DNA of 64,000 bases, taken from Hypanus sabinus. Taxonomy: Eukaryota. Below, in pieces: positions 11,370-25,900 of this stretch. Both the position numbers and the translations under genes were made by a program. How positions within the stretch are numbered: the first letter of the stretch is position 1; each line of letters begins with the position of its first letter. A model generated the notes under the pieces. The model saw only the letters and a program-made list of their open reading frames with translations. It ran no database searches and had not been told where the DNA came from. The stretch spans positions 43,152,001 through 43,216,000 of the forward strand of contig NC_082721.1 in the NCBI RefSeq assembly GCF_030144855.1, given 5' to 3'.

Positions 11370-13900
11370 TTACTCACATGCCCTTTTCTGGCATCTGTTA
11401 ACACCATTCTGGAATCATTCTCATGAACCTGCTTTGGATTGTCTCCAATGGCAACACATTAGTTCTGAGATATGGGTCCCTAAACTGTTGTCAATTCTTC
11501 AAGTGTGGCCTGACAAGTGAATTATAAAGACTCAGCATTATCTCCTTATTTTTATATTTTCTTCCCCATGAAATGAATGCCAATATTGCATTTGCCTTCT
11601 TTACTACAGACTCAACCTGTAAATTAACCTTCTGGTAGTCTTGCACGAGGACACCTAAGTCCCTCTGTATATCTGATGTTTGAATTTTCTCCCTATTTGG
11701 ATAATATTCTGCACTTTTTTTCCTTTTTCCAAAATGCTTCAGCATACATTTCCCAACACTGTATTGTATCTGCTACTTTTTTGCCCATTTTTCCAATTTG
11801 TCTAAGACCTGGTTCATTCGCATTGTTTCCTCAGTGCTACCTACCCCACCACCTATCTTCATATCATCTGCAATCTTTACCACAAAGCCATCAGTTCCAT
11901 TATCTAAATTATTGACAAACAATGAAAAGTAGCAGTCCCAATACTGACCCCTGAGGAATGCCGCTACTCACTGGCCATCAACCAGAAAAGGCCCCTTTAA
12001 TACCACCCGCTGCCTCCTGCCTGTTAACCATTCCTCTAACCATGCCGGTATCTTTCCTGTGATGGTTTCATGGATTTTAACCTCATGTGTGGCACCTTAT
12101 CACTGCCTTTCCTTTGTCCACCCTGCTTGTTACTTTTTCAAAGAACTCTAATATTGTTAGGTAATATTTTCCTTCACAAAAGCCATACAACTTTGAAATA
12201 TTTCATTATTACTCACCAAGTACCCCAAAACTCATCCTTAATAATGGACTCCAACATTTTCCCAACTACTGAGGTTAGGCTACATACACAAAATGCTGGA
12301 GGAACTCAGCAGGTTAGGCTGCATCTATAGAAAACAGTATAGTTGACTTTTCGGGCTGAGATCCTTTATCAGGACTGGCGAAATCAAGATGAGGAGTCAG
12401 TGTTAGAAGGTGGGGAGAGAGGAGGTAGAAGCACAAAGTGATAGTTGAAATTGGGGGGAGGGTGATAAGGGGGGAGAGCAAAGTAAAGAGCTGGAATGTT
12501 GATTAGTGAAAGAGATACAGGGCTGAAGAAAGGGGAATCTATTAGGAGAGGACAGAAGGCCATGGAAGAAAGAAAAGGGGGAGGAGCACCAGAAGGAGGT
12601 GATGGGCAGGTAAGGAGATAATGTAAGAGAGGGAAATGGGAATGGGGTGCGGTGAAGGAGAGAAGGGGAGGGGCATTACCAGACGTTGAACAGATCAATG
12701 TTCATGCTATCAGGTTGGAGGATACCCAGGGGGAGTAGAAGGTATTGCTGCACCAACCTGAATGTGGTCTTATTGTAGAGGAGGCCACGGACTGACTTGT
12801 TGGAATGGGAATCAGAAGTGGAATTAAAATGGGTGGCCACTGGGAGATCCTATCATTTCCTTTCTCTGCCTTTCTCCCTTCTTAAAGAGTGGAGTGAAGC
12901 TTGCAATTTTCCAGTCCTCTGGAACCGTGTCAGAATCTAGTGATTCTTGAAAGTTAATAGCCAATTCATCTGCTATCTCTTCAGCAACCTCTTTCAGGAT
13001 TCTGGGATTTAGTCCATCTGGTCCAGGTGACTTATCCATCTTAAGATCTTTCAATTTGCCTCACACTTTTTCCTTTGCTCCCTGACACTCACAAACCTCT
13101 GGCACATTTTTAGTGTGTTGCACAATGAAGACTGATGAAATGTACTTAAGAATTTGATCTTTTTGTCCACCATTACTACCTCATAATTTTCCAGTAGTTC
13201 AATATCAACTCGCACCTCCCTTTTACTCTTTATATAACTGAGAAAACTTTTAGGGTCCTGCTTCATAATATTGGCTAGTTGCCCTCATATGTTGTCTTCT
13301 CTGTTCTTATGGCTTTTTTGTTGCCCTTTGTTGGATTTTAAAAACTTCCCAATCATCCAACTTCCCACTCCTTTTTGCTACATTATATTCCCTTTCCTTG
13401 GCTTTTATGCCGTCTTTTGTCAGCCAGCCTTCTGTGGGATGTATCTAACCTGGGCCTTGTGAACTATTCCTGGAAGCTACAGCCACCTCTGCTCTGCTGT
13501 CATCCCCGCCAGTATCCTCCTCCAATCCACCTGGGCAAGCTCCTCTCTCAAGCCTCTGGAATTCTCTTTATTCCATTGTGATACTGATACTTCTGACTTC
13601 TGCTTCTCCCTCTCAAATGGCAGTATGAATTATGGTAACTGCCTCCTAAGGGGTCTCTTACCTTAAGTTTCCTACAATATCCGTATTATTACACACACCA
13701 CATCTAAGATAGCCTTTGCATTAGTAGGTTCAAGTACAAGCTGCTTGAAAAACCCTTCTCATAGGCATTCAACAAATTCCCTATCTAGAGCTGCAACACC
13801 AATCTGATTTTCCCAATCCCCTTGCTTATTGAAGTCCTCCATTACAATTGTGACATTACCCTTATTACATGCCTTTTCCATCCTCTTCTATAATCTCAAC
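11370..13900 (-). mobile_element. Decayed CR1 LINE, interrupted by a Penelope-like end
   Basis: 'MDKSPGPDGLNPRILKEVAEEI', 'DLGVLVQD' and endonuclease-like fragments at 13.7-13.9 kb. Confidence 0.8.
12283..12855 (-). mobile_element. Penelope-like element 3' end (GIY-YIG C-terminus, purine-rich UTR, degenerate hammerhead motif)
   Basis: Minus strand reads 'SHFNSTSDSHS...GILQPDSMNID', resembling PLE endonuclease C-termini. It ends in the AAATGCTGGAGGAACTCAGCAGG-type repeat also seen at 49.0 and 63.7 kb. Confidence 0.7.
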
Positions 13901-14132
13901 CCCACATATTGGTTACTATTTTGAAGCCCAGATATGATTCCCAGAATGTTTTGTTTTTAGCCCTGCAGTTTTTGAACATTAAGGTGAAGGACAGGAGCCA
14001 ACATACACACTCAATTTTGAAAGCTACTTCCCATCCGCCATCAGATTCCTGATTGGACATTGAACCAATGACCATTTCCTCAGTATTTTCCTTCCTTTCT
14101 TCTTGCAGTACATATTTAATTTGATTTTTATT

Positions 14133-14144
14133 TGTGTGTGTGTT

Positions 14145-14176
<32 letters not shown>

Positions 14177-14177
14177 A
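14133..14177 (+). repeat. Compound (TG)n/(AG)n microsatellite
   Basis: Direct inspection. Confidence 0.95.
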
Positions 14178-14179
14178 TG

Positions 14180-15870
14180 AACCCTTTGGGCCAATGAGTG
14201 GTGCTGATAGTAGAGACTGATTAACTTCGCATGGCACTAGCCTGCCAAGGACAGGCAGTTGAACAGCACAAGCAGCTTCTTCAGGAAATACTTGCATTAT
14301 TGCAGAAAGACCTGAACTTTAACAGTCACCAATGTGTCCTGCTACGTTTTCCCAGAAGTAGCATGGAGAGTCAATTAATCTGTTGGCTCCAGAGCATTAC
14401 ATTGGGGCCCCTGAGTCTTACAGCAGATTCTGAAGTCACTGCCCCTTCATCTTTGAATTACAACACACAATGTTCTCCTCAGCCAGGAGTAAGTTAATGG
14501 ATAGAATGTCCCTCCTTGCAGGTAGGTCCCTTCATCGGCAACAGCTTTATGGGAGAAAGATGCTCCTGTGTATTCTGATATTATGTTATTTCTAAGAATG
14601 ATGAGGAGAATATTCTTTCATCCTGCCAGAGGCCTAGAGGCAGCCAACAGGCTCCTCCAGCTGCATCAGGAAGTAGAATCCATGGCTGACTATTCCATTG
14701 ATTTCCGTTCCCTTGTGGCCGAGCGCAGGTGGGACAATAAGGTTTTGGTTGCTCTTTTTGGGGGAAGGGGTGTTGTTATGAAAGAACCAATTTAAAGACA
14801 TTCTTTCAACTAGGGACCAGGTAGATGATTTGGGTGAATGTTTGGACATGACCAGAAGAATTGACAGCTATAATTCCGATTTCACCTGGATGCCGGTTCT
14901 CAGAACTATCCATCCACACTTGCTCAATCTGATAACCAACGCAAATCCCCACAGTCATCTTCGGAAGAACCTATGTAACCTGGAAGAACCCTGGTCTCTC
15001 CAGCAGAGTGAGAAGGATGCATGAGGTAGAGGTGTTTCCTATTCTGTGGTATACCGGACTTATCCCAAGTTGTCGGGAAAGGATCCAGGACCATCCAGTG
15101 ATTGGGAGAACTGTGACAATCTCATGTTTCTTCCCAATTTCAGCAAGTTCTGGAGTGGCTTTACCATCAATAAATATCTTGGGGGAACACCACATTCTGT
15201 GCAAGCCTTGGTTGCCTCTGGTTCGGTGGGAATTTTTTTGGAGAAAGGGCTGGCAGAAAAAATCCCAATCCTGAGGCATGGCTTGACCAGCTGATCTCTA
15301 CTACGGCTGTGGATAGTAGTTCTGGAAGCTGGATAAATCCTTTATCTTCCATCACCCTCGTCGACTATTGGAAATCACAAAAAGATGATTATTTCCATTT
15401 TATTCATTCTCCTGACATCCTGCTAATCCTTGGTTATCTGTGGTTACACCTTCATAATCTTTGGAGTTACTGTTTATCTGACACAATTCAGAGATAGTCA
15501 AGTTTAAGCCAGGACAAATGCCTTCCTGGAGGTACAGGGATGCCTTCCCGAGATTCAGAACTGCCTAACTGAGCTTCCACGATGCCTGCCCGTGTTAACA
15601 TGTGACCTGCTGTGAACCATGTCAAGTCATCAGTCAGGTTGCTCCCTATCTCCTCAAGACTGGATGTGAACTCAACGCAGTTTTCTGGAGTGCCTTCAGA
15701 GTATTCAGACGTTGCAGGTGTTCAACAAGAAGAGAGAAACTAGGATTTCCCACAAAGAGACTCTGATGGGACTGTCAATTTATTATCTGGTATGAGTCCT
15801 TCCCTGAGAAGGCTTTATGCCTTGTCCATTCCTGAGAGGGAAGCTGAGGAGGAATATTCTGGTAGTTATG
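14180..15870 (+). mobile_element. Sushi-type Gypsy relic (gag, zinc-knuckle remnant, protease, RT start), copy 1
   Basis: 'RIFFHPARGLEAANRLLQLHQ...ADYSIDFRSLVAE..WDN' matches the Retrotrans_gag pattern of sushi/PEG10-type elements. Paralogue at 34.4-36.0 kb. Confidence 0.75.
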
Positions 15871-15942
15871 GAGTTACTACCTTGTGGTTGGTGGCACTGT
15901 CTTCCTTCTCTATGTCTGTGAGATAACTATTTGAAGGATGAT

Positions 15943-18900
15943 CTCTTTCTTTTTCAATCTTTTTATTATTGTTATTAATATCAACAAAATACAATTGATA
16001 CATAGATAATGGGATTACAAACATACACATTTCAACTGCACATGAAAGATTACATAAGCAATGATTACAGTATAAATGAGTATTCCCAAATCATGGACAA
16101 TACAATATATAAATAAACAAGGCAAATCTAGGTATATCATAATATATAATAAAAAAAACAGAAAAAAGAAAAAGAAAAAAAATTATGCAAAAAAAGAAAC
16201 CTAATCTAATAATCTAATAGCTAATAAAGAAAAAAAAACAGGAAAGGAAAAAGAGAAAGAGAAAAACCGGAAAAAGAAGAAAAAGGGCTTTTTATAATAT
16301 CTCACAAGAATACAAAATCATCAGTATCCTCAACATATATAAAATCAAAACTGGGAAATCAAATAGGCTTGAAACAGGGTCATATTACATCATATGAAAA
16401 TATTGAATAAATGGTCTCCATATCTTTTCAAATTTAATAGAAGTATCAAATACACCACTTCTAATTTTTTCTAAACTTAAACATAACATAGTTTGAGAAA
16501 ACCAATGAAATACAGTGGGAGGATTAATTTCCTTCCAATTCAGCAAAATAGATCTTCTAGCCATTAGAGTAAGAAACGCAATCATTTGACAGGCAGAAGA
16601 AGATAAATGAAGTGATTCCATCATTGGTAAACCAAAAATTGCGGCAATAGGATGGGATTGTAAATCAATGTTCAATACCACAGAGATAATATCAAAAATA
16701 TCTTTCCAATATTCTTTCAAAAGCGGACACGACCAGAACATATGAGTTAAAGATGCTATTTCAGATTGACATCTATCACAAATAGGAATATATAGGAAAA
16801 AAAATGAGCTAATTTATCCTTGGACATATGGGCCCTATGTACGACCTTAAGCTGTATTAATGGATGTTTGGCACATATAGATGATGTATTAACTAATTAA
16901 AGAATTCTATCCCAATTCTCAATAGGAATAATAAGATTAAACTCTCTTTCCCAATCATTTTTTGTCTTATAAAGGGGCTCTGAACATATCTTCATAATTA
17001 TATTATAATGTTTTGATATAAGCCCTTTTTTAAAAGGGTTTAATTCAGACAAACTCTCCAAAATACCTGAAGACACAAAATTTGGAAAAGTAGGAAGTAC
17101 AGTATTTAAAAAATGCCTAATCTGTAAATATCTAAAAAAAATGAAATCTGGGCAAATTATATTTATTAGGTAATTGCTCAAAAGACATAAAACAAATGTC
17201 CAAAAATAAAGCAGAAAATTGTAGTAATCTCTTAGTGTTCCAAGCTGAATAAGCTTGGTCTATAATTGAAGGGTGGAAAAAACAATTGGATACAATAGGA
17301 ATATTTAAAACAAATTGAGTCAACCCAAAAAAATTCCGAAATTGAAACCATATACTTAAAGTATGTTTAACTATCGGGTTGTCAATTCGTTTCGGCAATT
17401 TAGAAAGAGCAAAAGGGAGAGAAGTCCCCAAAATAGAACCCAGTGCATAACCTGGTACTGATTTAATTTCCAGGCTCACCCAATGAGGGCTAAAGGATCC
17501 ATCCCAATCTTTCAACCAACATATCAAATATCTAATATTAACTGCCCAATAATAAAATCTAAAATTAGGCAATGCTAACCCACCTTCCTTCTTTGCCTTC
17601 TGTAAGTATATTTTACCTAACCTGGGATTTTTATTCTGCTGTATGTATGAGGAAATTTTTGAATCAACATTAGTAAAAAAAAGATTTCGGAATAAAAATT
17701 GGTACCGCTTGAAAAATAAATAAAAACTTAGGTAAAATAACCATCTTAATAGCATTAATCCTACCTATCAGAGATAAAGATAATGGTGACCACTTAGTAA
17801 ACAAGCATTTAATCTGATCAATTAAGGGTACAAAATTAACCTTAAATAAGTCTTTATGGTTTTTTGTGATTTTAATCCCTAAGTAAATAAAAGAGTCATT
17901 AACTAATTTAAAAGGTAAGTTTCCATAAATTGGGACCTGTCTATTTGAAGGAAACAATTCACTCTTATTAAGATTTAATTTATACCCAGAAAAATCACTA
18001 AATTGAGCCAACAATGATAAAACTGCTGGAATAGATTTATCAGGATTAGAAATAAATAATAAAAAATCATCTGCATACAAAGATAACTTATGAGTATCTG
18101 TCCAACGATTAATACCAAAAATATCCTGTGATTCTCTGATAGCAATTGCCAAAGGTTGTAAAGCAATATTAAATAATAGTGGGCTTAGAGGACAGCCTTG
18201 TCTAGTGCCCCGAAATAAATGAAAAAAGGGAGATCTTTGATTATTAGTAAACACCGAGGCTACTGGAGTATGAGAAATCAGTTTAATCCAGGAAATAAAT
18301 GTCGGACTAAAATTAAACTTCTCCATCACATTAAATAAGTAAGGCCATTCAACTCTGTCAAATGCTTTCTCCACATCTAATGAAATAACACGTTCTGAAA
18401 TATTATGTGAAAGAGTATACACAATATTCAATAACCTCCTAACATTAAAAAAGAATAATGATTGTTAATTAAACTGGTTTGATCTTCTGAGATAATTTGG
18501 GGTAATACCTTCTCCAACCTGGATGCAAGTAACTTGGAAAAAATCTTGGAATCTACATTCAATAAGGATATTGGTCTTTAGGATGCACAATCAGTAGGGT
18601 CTTTATCTTTCTTTAATATTAAAGAGATGGAAGCTCTATAAAAAGATTGTGGCAAATTTCCCAATCTAATTGCTTTTTCAAAAACCTTATATAACTAAGG
18701 AGAGAGAGTAACGGAAAAACATTTAAAAAATTCTGCTGTATACCCATCCGGACCAGGTGCTTTCCCTGAATTCATGGAGGAAATAACCCCTTTGATTTCT
18801 GCATCATAGGAGCTTCCAATACTGAAAGATCATCTGGTGATAGTCTCGGGAAATTGAATTTTCCAAGAAAATCACACATGGTACCACAATCCTGAGGAAA

Positions 18901-21900
18901 TTCCAAATGATATAGGGAAGTATAAAAATCTTGAAATGATTTATTTATCTCATCATGGCTAACTGTCAAGTCCCCATTTTGCTGACGGATCTTAGTAATT
19001 TGACATTTAACCAAAGCATTCTTCATTGACTAGCCAGTAGTTTACCCGATTTATCACTATGCATATAAAAATCTGATCTGGACTTCATCAGTTGATTTTC
19101 AATCGAAGGTGTAAGTAATAAACTATATTCTGTTTGAAGTTCAACCCTTTGCTTGTAAAGCTCCTTACTAGGAGTAATCAAGTATTTCTTGTCAATCTCT
19201 TTAATTTTATCAACCAATAAAATAGCTTCCTTCTTTATGCATTTTCTCAGACCAACAGAATAAGAAATAATCTGTCCACGTATATATGCATTAAAAGTGT
19301 TCCAAAGTGTATCGTAAGTAATATCTTCTGTGGAGTTGGTTGAAAAGAAGAAGTCAATCTGTTCATTCATAAATTTAATAAAGTCCGGATCCTGCAATAA
19401 GGTAGAGTCAAATTGCCATTGTCTAGCATTAGGAACTGTATCCATAAATTTAATAGAAAGTTTTAATGAAGCATGGTCAGAAATAGCTATAATATCATAA
19501 TCACAACCATTTACCAAAGGAATCAAGCAAGAGTCAATAAAAAAATAATCAATTCTTGAATAAGAACGATAAACATATGAGAAAAAAGAAAACTCCTTAT
19601 CCTTATGATGCTGAAATCTCCAAATATCAAAAACTCCATTATCAGTCATGAAGGAGTTGATTCAAGTGGCCGACTTATTGGGTAAAGTCTGAGTAGATAT
19701 AGATTTGTCTATCAAAGGATTTAAACAACAATTAAAATCACCACCCATTATCAACTTATATTCATTTAGATTAGGTAAAGAAGTAACTAAGGACTTAAAA
19801 AAATCAGGACAATCCACATTTGGAGCATAAACATTAACCATAGCAACCTTTTTATTACAAAGTAAGCCTGTAATTAACAAAAATCTACCATTTGGATCCA
19901 AAAAGATATCGTGTTGGACAAATGCAATAGAGGAGTCAATAAAAATTGAAACTCCCTTTACTTTGGCATTCGAATTCGAATGGTACTGTTGACCTTGCCA
20001 AGACCTAAAAAAGCTATAATTGTCCTCCTTCCTCACATGAGTTTCTTGTACAAAAATGATATGAGCATTAAGTCTTTGGAATACTTTGAAAATCTTTTTT
20101 CGTTTAATCGGATGGTTTAAACCATTAGTATTCCAAGACACAAAATTAATGGTCTGTGCCATATTTCTAAAATCAACCCTTTGGTATAGAAAGGGTTAAC
20201 CAATTATAATCTCATGCACCCGGAAGAGGAACAAAAATAGAGAGCGGACCCGGAAGTGATGACATCGTAGACATATTTGTAGTTCAAAAACCGCCCAAAC
20301 GAAAAAACTAAAACAAACTGGTAAAGGAAATATAGAGTTAGAAAACAGACCATCCCCCCACTCCAACAACAAAGAGAAAAAAAACAACAGCCAAAAATAG
20401 GCTGGGAAAAGGAAAAAAAGAGACTAATTCTACCCCCATATCAGCGGAAGACCACTCTGTATATAAAGGATATAGATACAAAAAAAATCCACCCAAACTT
20501 TAAAAATTATGATCACTATACTAAAACCAAACTTCTTAATATACTTGGTTGTAAAAAAAAATGAAAAGAATATAATCACTAAAAACTTATAAATCAGGTT
20601 ATAACCCAAACAAATCAAAAAATATTTAAACTGTGATAAGCGATGCATTGTAGGAAGAAGACGAGAGAAAAACATAACGCCATCTTAAAAAAACACAAAA
20701 AATATTTTTCCAAGAAACCACCATCTTAGTAAAAAAGAATTCACCTTAGAAGGGTTAAAAATATACCTTCGAAGGAACAAAAATAATAGTTAGTAATATA
20801 GTATAATGGTTATAGTGTATAAAACAAACTGATTAATATGACAAAAGAACACTTTAACTTGAATATAAAGTATAGAATAAACCTACACCAATAACCAGAA
20901 ACATAATCTGGTTTAAGGAATCAAAAACCATCTTACACGATCAAAATCCTCATTTATTAGGAATGAGAAATCGTAGCAGTAGGGAAGTACTCAATCTGAA
21001 AACTTCTCGCTTCAGATGTAGAAGGGAAAATTCTGCGTGGAGCATTCGGCGGCGAGATTCTAAGCTTCGCAGGATATAAGAGCGCCGGCTTTAGATTTTT
21101 CTCATAACATTCATACATCAGAGCTTTAAAAAGAAGCCTTGCTTTCATTACTTCAGGACTAAAATCTTCTACCATGCGGAAATTGTGATCCTGAAATTTA
21201 ACCATTCCTACCCGCCGAGCCACGCGAATAAGTTGCTCTTTATCAAGTATGTAATGAAACCTGACAATTACAACCGAGGGTTTAGCTGAAGCACTTTACG
21301 ATCGACGCATAATTCTATGTGCACGATCAAGTAACGAGGGGTTATCTGGAAATACAGCCGGGAAGACATCGTTTAAAAGTTGAGCAAAGAATTGCGAAGA
21401 GTCGCCTTGTTCTATGCCATCCGGGAGACCAAGTATTTGTAGGTTCTGCCTTCTGGACCGATTCTCAAAGTCGACACTCTTGGCTTTAAGTGTTTCCACC
21501 AGTTTAGTGGTCGAAGTTAAATTCTGTTGCAATTTTTCAATTATCAAATCTCGTTTCCGAGCGTCTTCTTGCAGAGATGCGACAAGAACTTTCTGCTGCT
21601 TAATTACTGAATCCGCCTTATCCATATAATCTTGAAAAGCCTTTATATCTTGTTTAAAAATTTGTTGTAGTTCATCAAACTTTTTATTCAAAACCTCCAA
21701 AAACAGTTCATAAGTTAATTCAGTGCGTTGCGGATGAGCTTGCTTCTTTCCATTACCGTTCGGGTTGTGCCCAGGTTCTCGTCCTTTAGATCAAAGAGCC
21801 ATTTCTGATTGCATATCTTCAAAAATTCACAATAAACTCTTAACGATAAGTCCAAAAAAATAGCAAGAATCTTTTGGTGTGGGTAAACATAAGTTGGATA

Positions 21901-21985
21901 AGGGTGATCAAAGTTTAAAAAAAGTAAAGGTTATGGAGCGAATCTAAAACAGTACTCACTCCATGAGCGTCTCCCGCTGACTCCC
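15943..21985 (-). mobile_element. Full-length (~6.04 kb) L1-clade LINE, frameshifted
   Basis: 10-bp TSD GAAGGATGAT at 15933-15942 and 21986-21995. ORF1 pieces 'DFENRSRRQNL...LDRAHR' (20957-21700). ORF2 pieces: endonuclease 'SWNTNGLNHPIKRK', RT 'GTRQGCPLSPLLF...LYADD', C-terminal 'HMFWSC' (16385-20162). AATAAA and A-rich tail. Confidence 0.95.
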
Positions 21986-22179
21986 GAAGGATGATTTCAA
22001 ATTGTAACTTTTCATGGAAGTGAAGTAAAAAGATGAGTTGTGTTAAATAGGAACCTTGATGTAATTGAAGCACAAAAGACACTGATTGAAAAAAGGATTA
22101 AAAAGATATGGACAAGATTTTTTTCAGTTATGGTGCTGTCGTACCATTCGACTTCTGTAAAGCATGTTCTTGTAAGATG

Positions 22180-22970
22180 TCAGAATCAGAATCAGGTTTA
22201 TTATCACTGGCATGTGTTGTGAAATTGTGAAACTTAGCAGCAGCAGTTCAATGAAATACATAATGTAGAAGAAAAATAAATAAAATAATAATAATGCCAA
22301 TAACATAAATAAATTAGTAAATCAATTACAGTATACATATATCGAATAGATTAAAATCATGCAAAACTGAAATAATATAACAAGTCAAGTAAAGTCAAGT
22401 CAACTTTTATTGTCATTTTGACCATAACTGCTGGTACAGTGCATAGTAAAAATGAGACAATGTTTTTCAGGACCATGGTGTTACATGACACAATACAAAA
22501 AACTAGACTGAACTACGTAATTATAAAAAACACAGAGAAATCTACACTAGACTACAGACCTATACTGGACTGCATAAAGTGCACAAAAACAGTGCAGGCA
22601 TTACAATAAATAATAAACAGGATGGTAGGGCAAGGTGTCAGTCCAGGCTTTGGGTATTGAGGAGTCTGATAGCTTGGGGGAAGAAACTGTTACATAGTCT
22701 GGTCATGAGAGCCCAGATGCTTTGGAGCCTTTTCCCAGATGGCAGGAGGGAGAAAAGATTGTATGAGGGGTGCATGCGGTCCTTCATAATATAATTCATA
22801 ATATATATTTAAAAAGTGAGGTAGTGTTCACAGGTTCAATGTCCATTTAGGAATCGGATGGCAGAGGGGATGAAGGTGTTCCTGAATTGCTGATTGTGTG
22901 CATTCAGGCTTCCGTACCTCCTCCCTGATGGTATCAGTGAGAAAAGGGCACACCCTGGTTACTGGAGGTA
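22180..22970 (-). mobile_element. Nested 3' ends of Rex1/Babar-like LINEs
   Basis: Minus strand encodes the RT C-terminal 'LFSLLPSGKR' motif. 22395-22790 closely matches 48138-48560. Confidence 0.7.
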
Positions 22971-25900
22971 GGTTAGAAGGTGCGAAAGAACCTCTCTACA
23001 ATAAACAGTACATTGCCATGTCTGAGGTATCTACAAAGTTCGTTCTGTTGAGTTATACACAATAATTCCAAAAGGAGTCTATGTATTTGATGGGTCATCA
23101 AATGCCTTGGCCACTGTGGTTCAGTCTGTGCTTTTGGATAGCATGGATGGGGTCAAAAGTTGCAGAATGATGATTGCATCATAGAGGTCGAGATGGTAAC
23201 AGCTTTGACCAATATGATCGATTGGCTTTCAACGACATTACCCAATGACATAGATAGGTGGATTATTAGTATACTGAAAGTGTTGGCTACTGTAAAAAAG
23301 ATCAGAATTTTGATTGAAGTTATGTTTTAAATAATAGAACAGATGCTCTCAATGTTCTTTTTTTCCCCTGTTGTAATAGAAGGATCGCTTGCTGTGCTGA
23401 AATATATGCAGTTGCTTCCAGCATTCATCAAAGCATTCCATGTGGTTGTTCCTCACATTCCCAGATTAATAACATCACTCTCCAAAGAAATGTCCTAATT
23501 TGCTATAAGCTATCAACAGTAACTATCTGAACTTGTACACTGCATGATCTGATTTTCAGGCTTACCTGATCTATATTAACCTGTCATTGAAGCAATAAAG
23601 GATTTTCCAATTCCAAGTGATGAAAAACAAAAGAAGCTGCTCAATCAGAATGTCTGGACGTCACAAAAATGCATCGGAACCTTTGTACTCAAGACTTGTG
23701 ACAAGATCAGATACAGGAAGTAGAGGACTTGGCAATACCTTCGACATGAACAGTGTCATTCAGGTCCTTTTCATGGCTTCTGGCTTCAGGCATGATGTTA
23801 TGCTACTGAAGGAGAGTGATTCAGTCATTAATGATGAAACTTCAATGGTTATTTGCTTTCCGAGAACATAGGCAGTGACCTGCCATCTCCCCCAGCAGCT
23901 TGTTGAAAGCTTCATCTCCTCCATGGTTTAATCAAGAGGTGCAACAAGACTGTTTAGAGTATTTCAGATATCTATTGGAAAGGTACATGTAGAAGAAAAA
24001 ACAAGTAAAGGAATTCTCATGGACAAAGACATTCAGCCAGTGAATCTTGTAGAGAAGATTGAGATCCAGAGCAAACATTAATAGAAAGAGTGTTTGGTGG
24101 GTAGATGGTGACTAGGATGCTTTATCAGATCTACCACCACTTAATAATTTTCTAAAAATGTGTGATCATTCAAGTGACCTGAGTATTTCAATGATAACTC
24201 AGCATCACAAACTGAACAAAAACACATGACTGCCAAGTCCTCAAATAAACAGCCACATACAAAATCTCAAAAGCATTCAATGCAAGTGGTACCATTTGCA
24301 ATAATCAGCTCCCATGGAAAAGCAATAGAGGAGACTGCAGTACCTAGACTTAGTTCCTTGCCACAGAATGATTTTACAGTAGTTTTCTGGGACAAAATGT
24401 GTGACTCAGCAAAATGTAGACCAGTGTTCAAACTCATTAATTACTTTCTTTCACAAGAAATGTTGGTGGGATTTTATCATCATTTAAGGAAGTGTAGAAA
24501 TACGTAGCAAAAATTGTGAAATTGACAAGTTCTGCATGAAATCAGAATACAGCACTGTTGCATTTGTCAATGTAATGGAAAAAGTTGGGGAGTGATGCCT
24601 GAGTAGGTTTGGAATGAGGACTGTTCCATATAGCCAACAAAATGACAGGCATAGCTGGGCCAATGTGAGTATTTATGGCTTTGAGCTTCTTGAGTGTTTT
24701 TTTTAAGCTGTTCTCATCAAGACAACTGGACAGCATTCTATCGCACTGCAGACTTGAGCTTGTAGGTGGTAGGCAGGATTCAGTGAGTCAGGAGGTGAGT
24801 TACTTGATACAGGATTCTAACCTCTGATCAGCTTTTGTAGCCATGTTGAGTATATTGCTGCTTCAGTATCTGGAGAACTGTTACACGCATGGTAGAAAAA
24901 TACCATTTGGGACCAGGCAATGGTAAGCTATCAAAATTTAGGAGATGACGTATCCTGAACACATAAGGTTCATAGAGTTATACTACACAGTAACAGCTTC
25001 TTTGGCCAAACTGGCCCATACCCACCAAGATCTCCATACAAGTCTCCATTGGGTCCCATTTGCCATTGTTTGGCCCAGAATAATCTAAATATATCCATTC
25101 CATGTACCTGTCCAACTGTCTATTAAAAATTGTTCTTGTACATGTCTCAACCCTTTCTTCTGGCAGCTCACTTCACATAGATGCCACACTTTGTGTGCAA
25201 AATAAAAATTATTTTCCTGACACCAGGCCTCTAGCTTTTCCATCTCAATCCCTTCTCATCCATGTTGCTGACAGCCAGATGCAGACAATTGGATTTAACT
25301 AACTGCTCAGTTTCTGATGTTTTAAACAGCTGTGAATTCTTTTTTTTAGCAGTTTGCTGGAGAATGGGTTGGAATAAATCTGCTGTCATTCCTCTCTCTC
25401 CTGACTCTCCAATTGTTATCCCATAACTCATCAGCCCACTGGTCTGGACTGCAGCTGCTTTTGGCAAAACAGTGCAGAGTAAAACTAAACTCACCCACTC
25501 CCAGGGCTGCTCAGGATCCCCCTTATTCCCATTTGCTTCCTAGAAAAGCAGTGGGCCATGCATTGGGAGGATAGGCACAAGGATGCTTAGGTAGCATGTG
25601 AGGGGCCTGGTGCGGTGCTGATATCTCACAGCATCAAAGGTTCAAAGGTACATTTAATGTCAGAGAAATGTTTACAATATACATCCTGAAATGCTTTTTC
25701 TTCACAACCATTCATGAAAACAGAGGAATGCCCCAAGAATGAATGACAGTTAAATGTTAGAACTCCAAAGTGCACCGCCCAGCACCGCACCCTCCTGTGC
25801 GTAAGCGGCAGTGAGCAATAATCATGCTCCGCCCACCGGCAAAAATAAAGTGTGCCCACTACCTGGATCAGTGACCTGGTTTTCATTCTGAGCTTGTCCA

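Noticed and set aside
23540-23970. Possible minus-strand exon with AG/GT sites
   Set aside because: Several stops in the most plausible frame and no recognisable motif.
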